From IMG/VR virus record IMGVR_UViG_3300042456_000185: a DNA stretch of 64,000 bases. One strand, written 5' to 3'. Under the pieces are notes generated by a model that was given only the letters and a program-made list of their open reading frames with translations, did no database searches and had not been told where the DNA came from. A program made the position numbers and the translations under genes. Numbering within the stretch: the first letter of the stretch is position 1; each line of letters begins with the position of its first letter. This DNA comes from an uncultured virus (IMG/VR IMGVR_UViG_3300042456_000185) (taxonomy: Duplodnaviria > Heunggongvirae > Uroviricota > Caudoviricetes > Crassvirales). Positions 1 to 10,396 of this stretch are shown piece by piece.

Positions 1-3000
1 CTCCTGAAGAAGTAGATGAATGTAGCGTTATACCACTGTAGTTACCAGTTCCTGTAGCCCCACTAGCAAAACTTGCAACATTCCCGCTAGAACCTTTTAA
101 AACCTGTAGTTTTGCACTTGGACTAGTCGTCCCAATGCCGACGTTGGCAGTTGCTTTCTTAAATGTTATTGCCTCACTTGCTGTTCCGTAAGAATAAAAA
201 ATTAAATCCCCATTCCCGGCACCATTGGTTAATTGCCAATCACTTGCATTATCCCTATTAAACAATATACCACCGTCTTGACCACTCTTTTTGTTTAAGT
301 ACAAGTAGTAATTGGCGGCAGCATTATTGGCGTTCAGCTGAATACTACCGCCTTCAACGCTCAATTTTTGCCCTGGCGATGTGGTTCCAATACCAACGTT
401 TGCATTTATTATTGCCCCCTGGTATGGCGGTGTTGCCCCACCGTACCCAACGCTCAATCCTCCCTCACTTCCTAAAAATCCGCTACCTGTCCAAATGCTT
501 TTTTGGTTGTATGTTCGCAAATACGATGTGTCTTGCATAAACCATCCGCCACCGTAATCCTCAAAATAAAATGGATTTGTACCGGCAATCCTTATGACGT
601 TACTTGAATAAATGTCGCCACTTACTGTGAGTTTATACCCTGGACTTGTCGTTCCAATGCCTACGTTAGTTCCATTGTGATAAATTACACTACTACCACC
701 GTTGTTTGCTATGTTTAGCGTTGATGTTCTAAAAATTAACGGTTGATATGAAGTTGACGTGTAATCGTATGAAAAAAATTCGGCAATACTTGCGTCTTGA
801 TATGCGCCAATTCCTTTTGATCCGTTTTGTGCGATGAAACCTCCCGTTGCTATTGAAATTCGATGCCAACTTGCTGCATTTGTAGCTCCAGCCAATATGT
901 CACCCGATGTGTAAATATCACCGGAAACTTCTAATTTATATCCCGGACTTGTAGTCCCAATGCCGACGTTGCCCGCTGCGGTTATGCGCAACACCTCGGA
1001 ACCGTTTGTTCCAAACAACATAGGGTAAGCGCCATATCCAAAAATGAAATGTTGACCCGATGAATTTGAACCAACGTCCATTAATTGCCCGGAATTGGTG
1101 GTATTTGTATAACGTGTGAAAGTATTTCCGGTTCCGGAAATGTGCAACATTGATGCGGGGGATGTTGTACCAATCCCAACATTGGTAGCCGCATAAATAT
1201 CACCGCTAGATGAAATACTAATTGGCTCAGATGCACTTACATACAGTCCCTGACGAGTAGTGTGTACTAATGTTATACCTGGAGTTATAGGACTTCCACC
1301 AAACGTTACTGATTCGCTATTAAGCGGGAATACCTCAATGTTTAAGTCTGTTGTTGCCCCTACGCCTGATATTACTTGTGCCTCTACAGAATACGATTCA
1401 TTGTTATTGCTAATTACTCGGATGTTCAACTGGCTATAGAATCCAGATGTCGTTGTAATTGAGATGTCTTGGAAGTGGTTAACAAGAATTTGTGCGGTTA
1501 CGTTAACTACTACATTGCCTGACGTACCCTGAAATGACATATTCACAGCAGAGGCGAGAGAATTACCTGCGATAGTACAGATAGTCGTATAAGCTGTCTG
1601 ACTTACGTTGATTGTCTGCACATAACGAGGCGCTACATTGCTTGTGGTAGACGTACTACCATCCGCCATCAGGTACTGGGAAGCAGTGCCGCCGCTCTTG
1701 ATGAGCGACGATGCTGTTACGCTACTTGAGAAGGTGGCTGCACCTGTAGTATTATTAATTAATAAATTATTTACGGTTGTAGTGTTATTGTAATAACCAT
1801 AACTAGTAGAATTTTGAAATAATGTAATTGACGGTTGAGCTGTTAGCCCAAAAGTTAATACGTTACCGTTACCTGTAATAGCGGTTATCATTTCAGTAAA
1901 CCTACCGCCCCCAGCAACATCTAGTTTAACAGCAGGACTAGTAGTTCCAATTCCAATGTTTCCGGTAGATTGCTGAATATATAAATCAGGTCTTCCGTAA
2001 TTATAGTTGTAGAAACCATAATCTGCGCCAGATATATATCCTATCCCAAAGTAAGCGTAGTTGTCAGAATACTTCCACTTTACAGCAGACGGCCCAGAGA
2101 CCGTAACCGTTCCATCTACCTCAAGTTTTGTTACAGGGCTTGTGGTACCAATACCAACGTTTCCAGAGTTGTCAATGGTTACTCTTGCGCTAGTTGAGCC
2201 TGTACCAGTTTCTAAACTTATAGTCTTTCCCTGAACTGATAGAGGCTTAAATTCAGCACCCCAGTCTACAGCATATAGATAACTAACACCGCTAGAAACA
2301 GCAAGAGTTGTTGAGTGTCCTTGTGCTGGCAAGCCAACAACGGCTCCAGTAGCTGAAATTGCACCAGCAACTTCTAGCTTTTCATAAGGACTAGTTGTCC
2401 CAATACCAACATTACCTCCAGAAACAATAGATACTTGATCAGAATTTCCTTCACGAAATCTAATCGCCCTTGTGCTTGGTCGATTAATGTATAAATCAGA
2501 ATCTGTTGGAGATGAAAGGAAATTGTAATTTGCTGTACTTAATGTGCCATTGAGCGAAATACCGGTATAGTTTCCGCTACCAAACCCAGCGTCACCAATG
2601 TGAGCAATACCGGTTCCGGAACCAACCACGGACAATTTGTGTGCGGGTGATGTAGTTCCAATACCAACGTTTCCACCCGATGCAATACGCATACGTTCAG
2701 ATTCGCTACCGTCCCTAAAAATTACATTTGTACCGACAATGTTTAAGTTAGCCCAGGCATTTAATGCTGAATTATGACCCCCAATTACCGCACCATTTGT
2801 TAAAGACGTAAGGTATCCGGTTATTACTTTGTCAGTTCCGTTTTTACCAAATACAGCAGTACCAAACCAAGAAGTTTCACCGGGAGTTATATTGTCACCC
2901 AATAATAGCGAACCACCGGGGGTAATTCGCATTTTAGCAGAATTATTGGTCGCAAAAGACAATGGATGATTTGTTTCTGTACCAACGGACATAAAGTTGT

Positions 3001-6000
3001 TTCCGGTGTCTATTCCAACGTTACCAGTAACAGTTCCGCTACCAATAGTAAGAACCGGGTAAGATGTTTTGAAAAGATGTAGGATTGATGCTGGACTAGT
3101 CGTTCCAATACCAACGTTTCCGGTGGGTGATAATCTCATCACTTCCCCAGCGGCATTGTTAAACTTTAGCGGGCCTTGTCCACCATTTGCCCAGCTATAT
3201 GTCATTGTAGTTCCTAAAGCTCCAGACGTGCCGTTTGTAGCAATCTCAAATACAGAATTAGATGTTCTAAAATCCAATACTCTAACAGAAGCTGAACCGT
3301 AATCGCCTAAATGAATGTCCCCAGAAACGTTTAATTTAGCACTTGGACTAGTAGTTCCAATTCCAACGTTTCCACTATCGGCAACGGTTACCAAATCGAC
3401 AATCGTTCCAGCTGTATTTTTAGCGATGCGATATTGCCATCCCGTGCCATCGGTTCCAAATGCAAATCGTGTGCTTACCGGTGAAACGGGATTTTGTGTT
3501 GTTATTTGTGCCGTTCCAACCGCTCCGGCTGTCGGGCCAAATATAACGCCACCCGTTGCGCCAACGTGAAGCGAAGCGGCTGGCGATGTTGTTCCAATAC
3601 CAACGTTGCCCGTGCTGGTGATGCGCATCTTCTGCGTGGCAGCAGTCCAAAAGTCCATATTGCCAGTACCAGTATAGATGTTCAATCCACCATCTCCAGC
3701 CCAATCGGTAGTGTTTTGGTTTCCTAACCAGATATAAGCATCTCTTGAACCCGCTATAAATTCTAGTTGGGTGTACTGGTTTGCCGAAGTGCTAGAATTT
3801 CTAAATGTGGCCATCAGGTTTGAGCCCTGCACGTGAAATTTCTGAGCAGGACTAGTAGTTCCAATGCCTACGTTTCCGGATGTCGTGTCTATACGAGCAA
3901 GTTCACCACCGCTCCAATTTAAAAATTTTATAGGATCTCCACTTACCCTTGGGCCATAGCTTGTTGACCAAACGCCACCAACATAAATTTCGTTTGTAAA
4001 CCTTCCCGTACCACTCACATCAAGTTTAAAAGTATCATTAGTGTTTCCTATTGATAAATTACCTGATGCGTGAAGACGCATTTTTTCACCAGAAGTGCTG
4101 CCATTTGGATAAAAGTACAGAGCACCTCCTGTACCTGCGTTATATCCAACAATTGTTGGAATGCCAGCACCATAAGCTCCGCCCCAAGTTAAATTATTTC
4201 CGTTAGCTATATTGATACTACCATTGACGTCTAGCTTGGTAGCAGGACTAGTATTTCCAATTCCGACGTTGCCGTTTAACCCGTTTATCTTAACAGCAGA
4301 GTAAGAGGTTCCGCCAAGACCATCTGGCGATGTTGTAACAAACAGGTCTAAATCAGTAGTGGCATTATTTGCACCACCACTTGCGATGATTCCAGCACCT
4401 TGTCTTGCGTCCGAGTCTGGGAAAACACGAAGCAATAAGCCCATAGACGCATCAGTAGAGTACTGCGGGTTTGTGAAGCGGATTAAATTACCAGCAGTTC
4501 TATCAATAGCTGCCATATTCTGCTTACCAGCAACAGCATTAGTTACAACTTGTAACTTATGCGAAGGACTTGTGGTTCCAATGCCAACGTTACCACCAGA
4601 TGAAACAAAAAGTTTTGAATTTGCGTGATACTCTGGCGTTGTATCACTGTAACCAATGCTATAGCCACCTCCAGTGTATGGAACACCGCTAAACCATTTA
4701 TTGTTATCTGTTGAATTTCTATACAAAATTCCACGGCCCCTGTAGTCGTATGCACTTACTAGGTCTATAACAACGTCTTGAGACCCGAAGGCATCACCAG
4801 AAACTATTTTTAATTGAGTGCCTCCAGTCTGTGTGATTTGTAGTCTTGCATCTGGACTAGTAGTACCAATACCAACATTGCCACTAGTGTCAATAACCAT
4901 ATCCGGAGAAGCTCCGTTTGAGCCAAACTGAAGACTATTCCCAGCGGTAGCAAATACAGTTGCGTAACCAGTGTCCCAAGTTAATCCTCCAAAAGCAGTA
5001 GGGTATCCACCCCAGTATGAAACAGCTCCAGAATCTGTCCATAGAGAGTTGGACGAGAATGTTCCATTTACACGAAGTTTCTCAGAAGGGGTAGTGGTTC
5101 CAATACCAACGTTTCCGTTTCCACGGATGATCATTAAATTATTTGAATTGTACCCAGAGTTGTACAAACTTCCGAATACCATACTAACCATCGTACCGTC
5201 ATATTCGGTATAAATTTTCCCGGTAGTATTTGATTCATCGTGCCAAGTTATGCCACCCCTTGATGAACGGCTTGTGTCATATGAAACGCCAAGGCGCAAC
5301 AAAGCATCAGTTGTAACGTTTGAAACACCAATTTGAAGCAATGCACCGGGATTTGTGGTTCCAATTCCTAAATATCCATTTGTATTAAGGAACATTTTAG
5401 TACTATTATTAGTGCCAAAATATACCGGTGCATTTGCCCTGTTCCAAACATATCCACTACTTCCACCGTCCTGCCCATACAACATACTCGTTGATCCGAG
5501 TGTGTTTCCATTTCCAGAGATTTCAATATAAGCATTTCCACTTGCTTTATATATTGACAATGCAGATACCGGAGATGCCGTCCCAATACCAACATTCGTT
5601 CCGTTGTCAAAGATTTGTGAATCGCCAAGAGTGGTAGTTCCAGTAAACTTTGAAACGTAGTTAGTCGTGCCTGTTCCTGTAATAGGATTCGTTAAGGCTG
5701 GCTGTTTGTTATTAAACGTATTCCAATCTGTTGAGCTCAGGTAACCATCAGTGCTAGCCCCTGCCTGTGTGATACCTATCGTGCCAGTTGAAGTTATAGT
5801 TCCGCCAGTAATTGGTGCAGTTGTAGCAATAGACGTTACAGTTCCACCAGATGATGGAGAAGAGTTTGTGATGGTAAAGTTTGGATACGTTCCAGCTACA
5901 GAAATACCAGTTCCCGCTGTAAGTGCTACAGTTTGGTCAGGAGCCGTGTTAGTAAATGTCAACGTATCGGTAACAGCATCTGTAGTTACAGAGATACCAG

Positions 6001-8821
6001 TTCCAGACGCTACAGTAAGCGTGTCGTCATTTATGTCAGCAACAATAGTAGACTGCCCAGATACCGCAATGTTCTTGAATATGTACTGAGAAGAACCTGG
6101 GTCTGTGTTGTTTATTGTTATATTGTTATTTGTAGTGAGCGTAGTTATAGATACACCTGGACCAGGTTTCAGAGTAAACGTATCGTTGTTATTTGCCGCA
6201 GTTATGGTGGACTGAGTTGGAACAGCAATGTTCTTAAATATATTCTGCGAAGAACCTCTGTCGCTGTTTGTTACAGTAATTGAACCGCTTGTAGTAATAG
6301 GACCGCCAGACACAGTTATGCCGCTTCCTGCAGTTAAATCCACAGAAGTTACGGTACCGTCATACTGATCGTTAGATGTTACTGTAAAGTTTGGGTAAGT
6401 TCCAGTTACAACTGTAGTACCAGCTCCTGTAATGCTTACAACTTGATCAGGAGCAGCATTAGTAATTGTAAAGTTTGGATAGGTACCAGAAGTTGTGATG
6501 CCAGTTCCAGCAGTTAATACAACAGTCTGATCTGGAGCTGTGTTCGTAATCGTGAAGCTAGGATACGTCCCGCTTGTTGAAATGCCAGTTCCAGCTGTAA
6601 GTACAACAGTCTGGTCTGGGGCATTATTGGTAATTGTAAGCGTGTCTGTAGACGCATTGGTAGTTAGCGTTATGCCAGTACCTGAAGCTACGGTTAACGT
6701 GTCGTCAGCAGCGTCTGCCACAATGCTACTCTGGCCCGCAACAGCGATAGTCTTGAATGAGAAATCAGCCTTGCCATTAAACGTAATCCAGTCCGCAGAC
6801 GATAGCGCACCTCTGTTTACAGAAGATGCTGTTGGAAGGTTAAATGTATGAGTATCTGTTACAGAGTTGATAGAGAAATCTGTTCCAGTGGTCCCGGTAG
6901 CAAAATACTGAACTTGTTTAGTTAGTCCATTAAGTGCATTAAGTCCAGTAGAGAAAGTGGTAATAACCTGACACAAGTGTCCGTTTTCAGTATGTAGAGT
7001 TATTGTCCTTCCGCTGTGAATTACATAAACTCTTATGGCTAATCTATCTGTTACAGCAAGTGTAGTCTGTGGAACAGCAATAGCTCCAAAATATGCAGAT
7101 ACAATTGTACCAAAGGATATAAATTCTGGAAATGCTGAATTATTTGCAATTGGTGTAAAGGTTGTTCCATCGTACTTGCTTAACTCAACATAAAAAGATG
7201 GAGTTCCTCCACTTGAAGATGAGCTAAAGTAAAATTCAAAGTTCCAGTTTCCTCCTGGAATTTCTAGTAAAGATGGATCATTAGCATCTGTTATGAACTG
7301 GGCAATGTATCCATCAGCAGCAATAGTAAAATCAGTACCAGCTCCAATAATAGGTGTCTTGCTAAACTCACGATAAACATTACCTCCAAATGTTCCTTGG
7401 TTCACACTGCCATTAAGGTAGTAACTAACACTAGATCCTCCACCGCTACTAGTTGGGAAGTCTGCTAACTGACCATCGCCACGAATGTATTGTGAAGCAG
7501 TACCAGCTCCAGTTACAGCGATAGTACCACTGCTAGTTATAGGGCTGTTTGTTACTGTAAATGCAGAAGGCATAGTTAGACCAACGGAAGTAACAGTGCC
7601 TACATACTGGTCATTGCTGGTTATCGTAAAGTTTGGATACGTTCCAGTAATCAGTGTAGTTCCAGCACCTGTAAGAGATACAATCTGGTCAGGAGCGGTG
7701 TTGGTAATTGTTAACGTATCAGTTGATGCGTTTGTGGTAATAGATATAGCAGTTCCTGAAGCAACGGTCAAGGTGTCAGACACAGAGTCAGCTACGATGC
7801 TTGACTGTCCAGTTACAGCAATGGTACTAAACGCAGCAGTTGCAGCTAGCGTTGAGATAGGAACGTTCTGCCATCTAGAGTTAGCAGAGACATATGTAAG
7901 AACGTCATTGTTAAGCAGGGTTCCAAACTGGACCTGGTTATTTTCCGACAGCGTTGACCCAGTGTTTATTCTAACAGCCAAGGTTCCGTTACTTGCAGCA
8001 TTTACTACAAATGCAATTGGAAGCTTTAAGTTAGGTGCCTGCGGCTCTGTTGCAGTAAGTCCACCAGGAGATGCTGGATTGCACCACAATACCTGTCCGT
8101 TGACATATGCAGCTGTGTTAATCTGTCTAAGTTTACCCTTAGCTAATACATATCCGTCAGAGCCATCTTCAATAGCCTCTGAGGCGATACCTAAGATGTA
8201 CTTCGGACTCACTGAACCATCTGCCACCATAGGAGCTACTAAGATGCGTCCAGAGGCTCCTAAAGTGCCAACAGCCATCACGACAGTTCCCTTTGGAATC
8301 GTAGAACCAGTTTGATTCTTTACATACCACAGATCATCTTGTCCAACTTTAAGGATGGTGTTCTCATTCAGGCCAACATCCATAGTGGCGTTATCCTGAT
8401 CCCAAGATATGCGTCCTACAATGTTGCCGTTGCTATACGATGTGTCAAGGTCTACCCAGGGAGTTAATACACCTCCTACAGATATAGTATTTACAGTCGT
8501 GTTGCCACGAGTAGTTACCATATCCAGGGTATCCTCTGGAATTGGATTCAAGTCCTGGAAACTAAATGATATCTCAGAACCATCTCTTCTGGTGAGCGTA
8601 ATTGTCTTTGTCTGGTATCCGGTTACAGCTCCTGATACAATTGTCTCCCTGTAGGCTTCATCCCACTGGGCAGCATTACCTGACGTACTGGTTATGTTTA
8701 AATCACCACGGATCTTAGCCAATAACGTGTAATACGTTATCTCCTGAGTCTTCCTCAATGACGGGCTAAATACTGAAAACTGGTCAGCAGGATTAATCCT
8801 ATATACGTCTATAAGGCCCAT
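1..8821 (-). CDS. Giant repeat-rich tail fibre / adhesin-like protein (>2900 aa, runs off left edge)
   Basis: ATG at 8821 overlaps the TAA of the upstream gene (MGLIDVYRINPADQF...). The same frame is still open at positions 1-60 (ATGTGNYSGITLHSSTSSG), which explains its absence from the ORF track. Thr/Ser/Gly-rich with many GNVGIGTTSP repeats. Confidence 0.85.
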   Translation of the reverse strand, partial: MGLIDVYRINPADQFSVFSPSLRKTQEITYYTLLAKIRGDLNITSTSGNAAQWDEAYRETIVSGAVTGYQTKTITLTRRDGSEISFSFQDLNPIPEDTLDMVTTRGNTTVNTISVGGVLTPWVDLDTSYSNGNIVGRISWDQDNATMDVGLNENTILKVGQDDLWYVKNQTGSTIPKGTVVMAVGTLGASGRILVAPMVADGSVSPKYILGIASEAIEDGSDGYVLAKGKLRQINTAAYVNGQVLWCNPASPGGLTATEPQAPNLKLPIAFVVNAASNGTLAVRINTGSTLSENNQVQFGTLLNNDVLTYVSANSRWQNVPISTLAATAAFSTIAVTGQSSIVADSVSDTLTVASGTAISITTNASTDTLTITNTAPDQIVSLTGAGTTLITGTYPNFTITSNDQYVGTVTSVGLTMPSAFTVTNSPITSSGTIAVTGAGTASQYIRGDGQLADFPTSSGGGSSVSYYLNGSVNQGTFGGNVYREFSKTPIIGAGTDFTIAADGYIAQFITDANDPSLLEIPGGNWNFEFYFSSSSSGGTPSFYVELSKYDGTTFTPIANNSAFPEFISFGTIVSAYFGAIAVPQTTLAVTDRLAIRVYVIHSGRTITLHTENGHLCQVITTFSTGLNALNGLTKQVQYFATGTTGTDFSINSVTDTHTFNLPTASSVNRGALSSADWITFNGKADFSFKTIAVAGQSSIVADAADDTLTVASGTGITLTTNASTDTLTITNNAPDQTVVLTAGTGISTSGTYPSFTITNTAPDQTVVLTAGTGITTSGTYPNFTITNAAPDQVVSITGAGTTVVTGTYPNFTVTSNDQYDGTVTSVDLTAGSGITVSGGPITTSGSITVTNSDRGSSQNIFKNIAVPTQSTITAANNNDTFTLKPGPGVSITTLTTNNNITINNTDPGSSQYIFKNIAVSGQSTIVADINDDTLTVASGTGISVTTDAVTDTLTFTNTAPDQTVALTAGTGISVAGTYPNFTITNSSPSSGGTVTSIATTAPITGGTITSTGTIGITQAGASTDGYLSSTDWNTFNNKQPALTNPITGTGTTNYVSKFTGTTTLGDSQIFDNGTNVGIGTASPVSALSIYKASGNAYIEISGNGNTLGSTSMLYGQDGGSSGYVWNRANAPVYFGTNNSTKMFLNTNGYLGIGTTNPGALLQIGVSNVTTDALLRLGVSYDTSRSSRGGITWHDESNTTGKIYTEYDGTMVSMVFGSLYNSGYNSNNLMIIRGNGNVGIGTTTPSEKLRVNGTFSSNSLWTDSGAVSYWGGYPTAFGGLTWDTGYATVFATAGNSLQFGSNGASPDMVIDTSGNVGIGTTSPDARLQITQTGGTQLKIVSGDAFGSQDVVIDLVSAYDYRGRGILYRNSTDNNKWFSGVPYTGGGYSIGYSDTTPEYHANSKLFVSSGGNVGIGTTSPSHKLQVVTNAVAGKQNMAAIDRTAGNLIRFTNPQYSTDASMGLLLRVFPDSDARQGAGIIASGGANNATTDLDLFVTTSPDGLGGTSYSAVKINGLNGNVGIGNTSPATKLDVNGSINIANGNNLTWGGAYGAGIPTIVGYNAGTGGALYFYPNGSTSGEKMRLHASGNLSIGNTNDTFKLDVSGTGRFTNEIYVGGVWSTSYGPRVSGDPIKFLNWSGGELARIDTTSGNVGIGTTSPAQKFHVQGSNLMATFRNSSTSANQYTQLEFIAGSRDAYIWLGNQNTTDWAGDGGLNIYTGTGNMDFWTAATQKMRITSTGNVGIGTTSPAASLHVGATGGVIFGPTAGAVGTAQITTQNPVSPVSTRFAFGTDGTGWQYRIAKNTAGTIVDLVTVADSGNVGIGTTSPSAKLNVSGDIHLGDYGSASVRVLDFRTSNSVFEIATNGTSGALGTTMTYSWANGGQGPLKFNNAAGEVMRLSPTGNVGIGTTSPASILHLFKTSYPVLTIGSGTVTGNVGIDTGNNFMSVGTETNHPLSFATNNSAKMRITPGGSLLLGDNITPGETSWFGTAVFGKNGTDKVITGYLTSLTNGAVIGGHNSALNAWANLNIVGTNVIFRDGSESERMRIASGGNVGIGTTSPAHKLSVVGSGTGIAHIGDAGFGSGNYTGISLNGTLSTANYNFLSSPTDSDLYINRPSTRAIRFREGNSDQVSIVSGGNVGIGTTSPYEKLEVAGAISATGAVVGLPAQGHSTTLAVSSGVSYLYAVDWGAEFKPLSVQGKTISLETGTGSTSARVTIDNSGNVGIGTTSPVTKLEVDGTVTVSGPSAVKWKYSDNYAYFGIGYISGADYGFYNYNYGRPDLYIQQSTGNIGIGTTSPAVKLDVAGGGRFTEMITAITGNGNVLTFGLTAQPSITLFQNSTSYGYYNNTTTVNNLLINNTTGAATFSSSVTASSLIKSGGTASQYLMADGSTSTTSNVAPRYVQTINVSQTAYTTICTIAGNSLASAVNMSFQGTSGNVVVNVTAQILVNHFQDISITTTSGFYSQLNIRVISNNNESYSVEAQVISGVGATTDLNIEVFPLNSESVTFGGSPITPGITLVHTTRQGLYVSASEPISISSSGDIYAATNVGIGTTSPASMLHISGTGNTFTRYTNTTNSGQLMDVGSNSSGQHFIFGYGAYPMLFGTNGSEVLRITAAGNVGIGTTSPGYKLEVSGDIYTSGDILAGATNAASWHRISIATGGFIAQNGSKGIGAYQDASIAEFFSYDYTSTSYQPLIFRTSTLNIANNGGSSVIYHNGTNVGIGTTSPGYKLTVSGDIYSSNVIRIAGTNPFYFEDYGGGWFMQDTSYLRTYNQKSIWTGSGFLGSEGGLSVGYGGATPPYQGAIINANVGIGTTSPGQKLSVEGGSIQLNANNAAANYYLYLNKKSGQDGGILFNRDNASDWQLTNGAGNGDLIFYSYGTASEAITFKKATANVGIGTTSPSAKLQVLKGSSGNVASFASGATGTGNYSGITLHSSTSSG
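120..5600 (-). repeat. About 20 copies of a (G/T/A)NVGIGTT(S/T/N)P motif separating variable 80-100 aa modules
   Basis: Recurring plus-strand ccaatNccNacRtt at about 135, 390, 660, 960, 1175, 1950, 2150, 2400, 2660, 3105, 3360, 3595, 3862, 4258, 4580, 4868, 5100 and 5585; variants at about 4045 and 5360. Confidence 0.9.
5850..7830 (-). repeat. Second repeat family in the fibre (GTYPNFTITN.APDQ.V.LT.G.GI and F..IAV.GQS.IVAD units)
   Basis: gtaaagtttggata-type repeats at about 5875, 6385, 6470, 6555 and 7626; FKNIAV-type units at about 6070, 6230, 6750 and 7820. Confidence 0.8.
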
Positions 8822-9228
8822 TACTCGATGCTTTTATTAATTATTCTCAGAGAACCAAGTACTACAATAGTAGCTAAAACAATCTGCCAGAAGAAAGACT
8901 CAAGCTTCTTCTCCTTCTGTTTTATTACGGTCTTGTATTGAGTGACCTTTCTATATATAGGATACGGCACAACCTTAGCATCTACGCTTATGTTGTTATT
9001 AGCCGTCTTCTTTAACTTGATTACGATGGTATCATTGGTTATCAGTACGCTGTCTCTGAAGTCAATGCTAACAGAATCCTTTAGCCTGATAGAGTTTGTC
9101 CACAGGGTATCGTACTTATAGATAAGTATGTTGCTTACAATTTCAGGATCCTTCTTGATAGCTTTTTTTAGATGCCATTCAGCGGAGCAAGAGCTAAGCA
9201 GGATAATGAGAATAAGTAGTCTTGCCAT
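8821..9228 (-). CDS. Putative spanin (lipoprotein with C-terminal TM, unimolecular-spanin-like)
   Basis: Lipobox LSSC after a hydrophobic signal; C-terminal TM (FFWQIVLATIVVLG); follows the endolysin. Confidence 0.65.
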   Translation of the reverse strand: MARLLILIILLSSCSAEWHLKKAIKKDPEIVSNILIYKYDTLWTNSIRLKDSVSIDFRDSVLITNDTIVIKLKKTANNNISVDAKVVPYPIYRKVTQYKTVIKQKEKKLESFFWQIVLATIVVLGSLRIINKSIE

Positions 9229-9664
9229 TTTTATTTCTTTTAGCGATCAATACTTCCATCTCATCTTCCCTGCCCTTAACTAACCCAACGTGTACCCACG
9301 CAGGATTGCCTTTGGAATCTGGGTGTTCACAGATAAGCTCAGTGAACAGCATATTATCCTTGATGTATTCAAATACCTGCTTGTTTGATACAGAGTTTCT
9401 ACCATCCATATCGATATCCACAGCACAACCTGTCAGGTGCAAAGAGGTGGATGAACCCTTAATCTTTTTGTTTAACGCTGGTGATCTGTACCAGGAAGAT
9501 ATGTAGATAGGTACGCCAAAGTGTTCACGCACCTTATCAAGCAGATTCTTAGCTAGATACTCAGCGTTCTTCTTTACCTCTTTGGTGGCGCTGTTATCTA
9601 TGCCAAGCCGCTTAGCATCGTGAGATGCCTCTACTTCTGACAGTCTAAAATATCTACTCTCCAT
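9194..9664 (-). CDS. Endolysin, peptidase M15 family
   Basis: SSWYRSPALN..GSSTSLHLTGCAVDI and WVHV zinc-binding motifs typical of Peptidase_M15_3. Confidence 0.9.
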   Translation of the reverse strand: MESRYFRLSEVEASHDAKRLGIDNSATKEVKKNAEYLAKNLLDKVREHFGVPIYISSWYRSPALNKKIKGSSTSLHLTGCAVDIDMDGRNSVSNKQVFEYIKDNMLFTELICEHPDSKGNPAWVHVGLVKGREDEMEVLIAKRNKNGKTTYSHYPA

Positions 9665-9863
9665 CGTATCTTCTTGGATTTTTCTTCACACCATCTGCCG
9701 AGTCACGTAGAAATAACATAGTAAAGCCACCTACGATGAAGACTGAAGCTTCAGTGAGGGTGGCCTTCTCTAGGAATACCAACACGAAACAGGCAATTAT
9801 CATAGCTAAGCCCAGAAGTGTTGTTTTCCAATTTTTAAATATACGCTCTATCAGCAAATTCAT
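9654..9863 (-). CDS. Putative holin
   Basis: 69 aa, two TM segments, KNWKTT motif, charged C-terminus, directly upstream of the endolysin. Confidence 0.7.
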   Translation of the reverse strand: MNLLIERIFKNWKTTLLGLAMIIACFVLVFLEKATLTEASVFIVGGFTMLFLRDSADGVKKNPRRYDGE

Positions 9864-10021
9864 TTTTCGTTCTTGATATCTCTATGCCATCTCCATATGG
9901 TATAGCAGAAAGAAGCGATCATAACAAATAGTCCAGCAATCTGATGAACTTGTGCTAGCGTAAGACCTCCTATAGTCAAACCCCAAGATGCGGCTACCGC
10001 TTCTGTGCTGTCGTTTTTCAC
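9860..10021 (-). CDS. Small membrane protein (holin/antiholin-like), 53 aa
   Basis: Read manually: GTG start, KNDSTEAVAASWGLTIGGLTLAQVHQIAGLFVMIASFCYTIWRWHRDIKNEK; ATGA overlap with the holin. Confidence 0.65.
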   Translation of the reverse strand: MKNDSTEAVAASWGLTIGGLTLAQVHQIAGLFVMIASFCYTIWRWHRDIKNEK

Positions 10022-10041
10022 GAGTAATAATCTTTACTAGA

Positions 10042-10074
10042 TTACTTATTTAAACCTAAACCCAGACCCAACAT
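10042..10074 (-). pseudogene. 10-codon minigene or remnant, MLGLGLGLNK
   Basis: ATG TTG GGT CTG GGT TTA GGT TTA AAT AAG TAA, 3 nt after the stop of 10078-10350. Confidence 0.45.
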
Positions 10075-10077
10075 AAC

Positions 10078-10350
10078 TTAGGCAATGTAGGCTAGCACCT
10101 TTCCACTAGCCACGGTTACAGATGAAAACAATCCATACACAGCAAGGTTAGCTGGCAGAGATACTGATGACAGATTATCGCCAACTGCATCAAGAGATAC
10201 AGCACTAACGGTAGATGTTTCTAGGGGCAAAATAACTCTATATTCTTCACCTGAAACTGGTACGAAGGCAGATGTAATAACTCTGAAACCAGCCTGTCCA
10301 AAGGACTGGCGGTAGAAGTTAGTATCCGCTTGGATATTCTCGTGAGCCAT
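10078..10350 (-). CDS. Small putative structural protein
   Basis: 90 aa, beta-rich, ends VASGKVLAYIA; own promoter-like element at 10387-10394. Confidence 0.7.
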   Translation of the reverse strand: MAHENIQADTNFYRQSFGQAGFRVITSAFVPVSGEEYRVILPLETSTVSAVSLDAVGDNLSSVSLPANLAVYGLFSSVTVASGKVLAYIA

Positions 10351-10396
10351 ATTTAGAAATTTTTAAAAAGTCAATAGTCTGTTATGCAAATATACG

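Noticed and set aside
3069..8654. Plus-strand ORFs such as 7485-8315 and 5751-6089
   Set aside because: Val/Pro-rich antisense shadows of the continuous minus-strand fibre gene.
1..8821. Diversity-generating retroelement acting on the fibre
   Set aside because: No reverse transcriptase and no template/variable repeat pair differing at adenines within the window.
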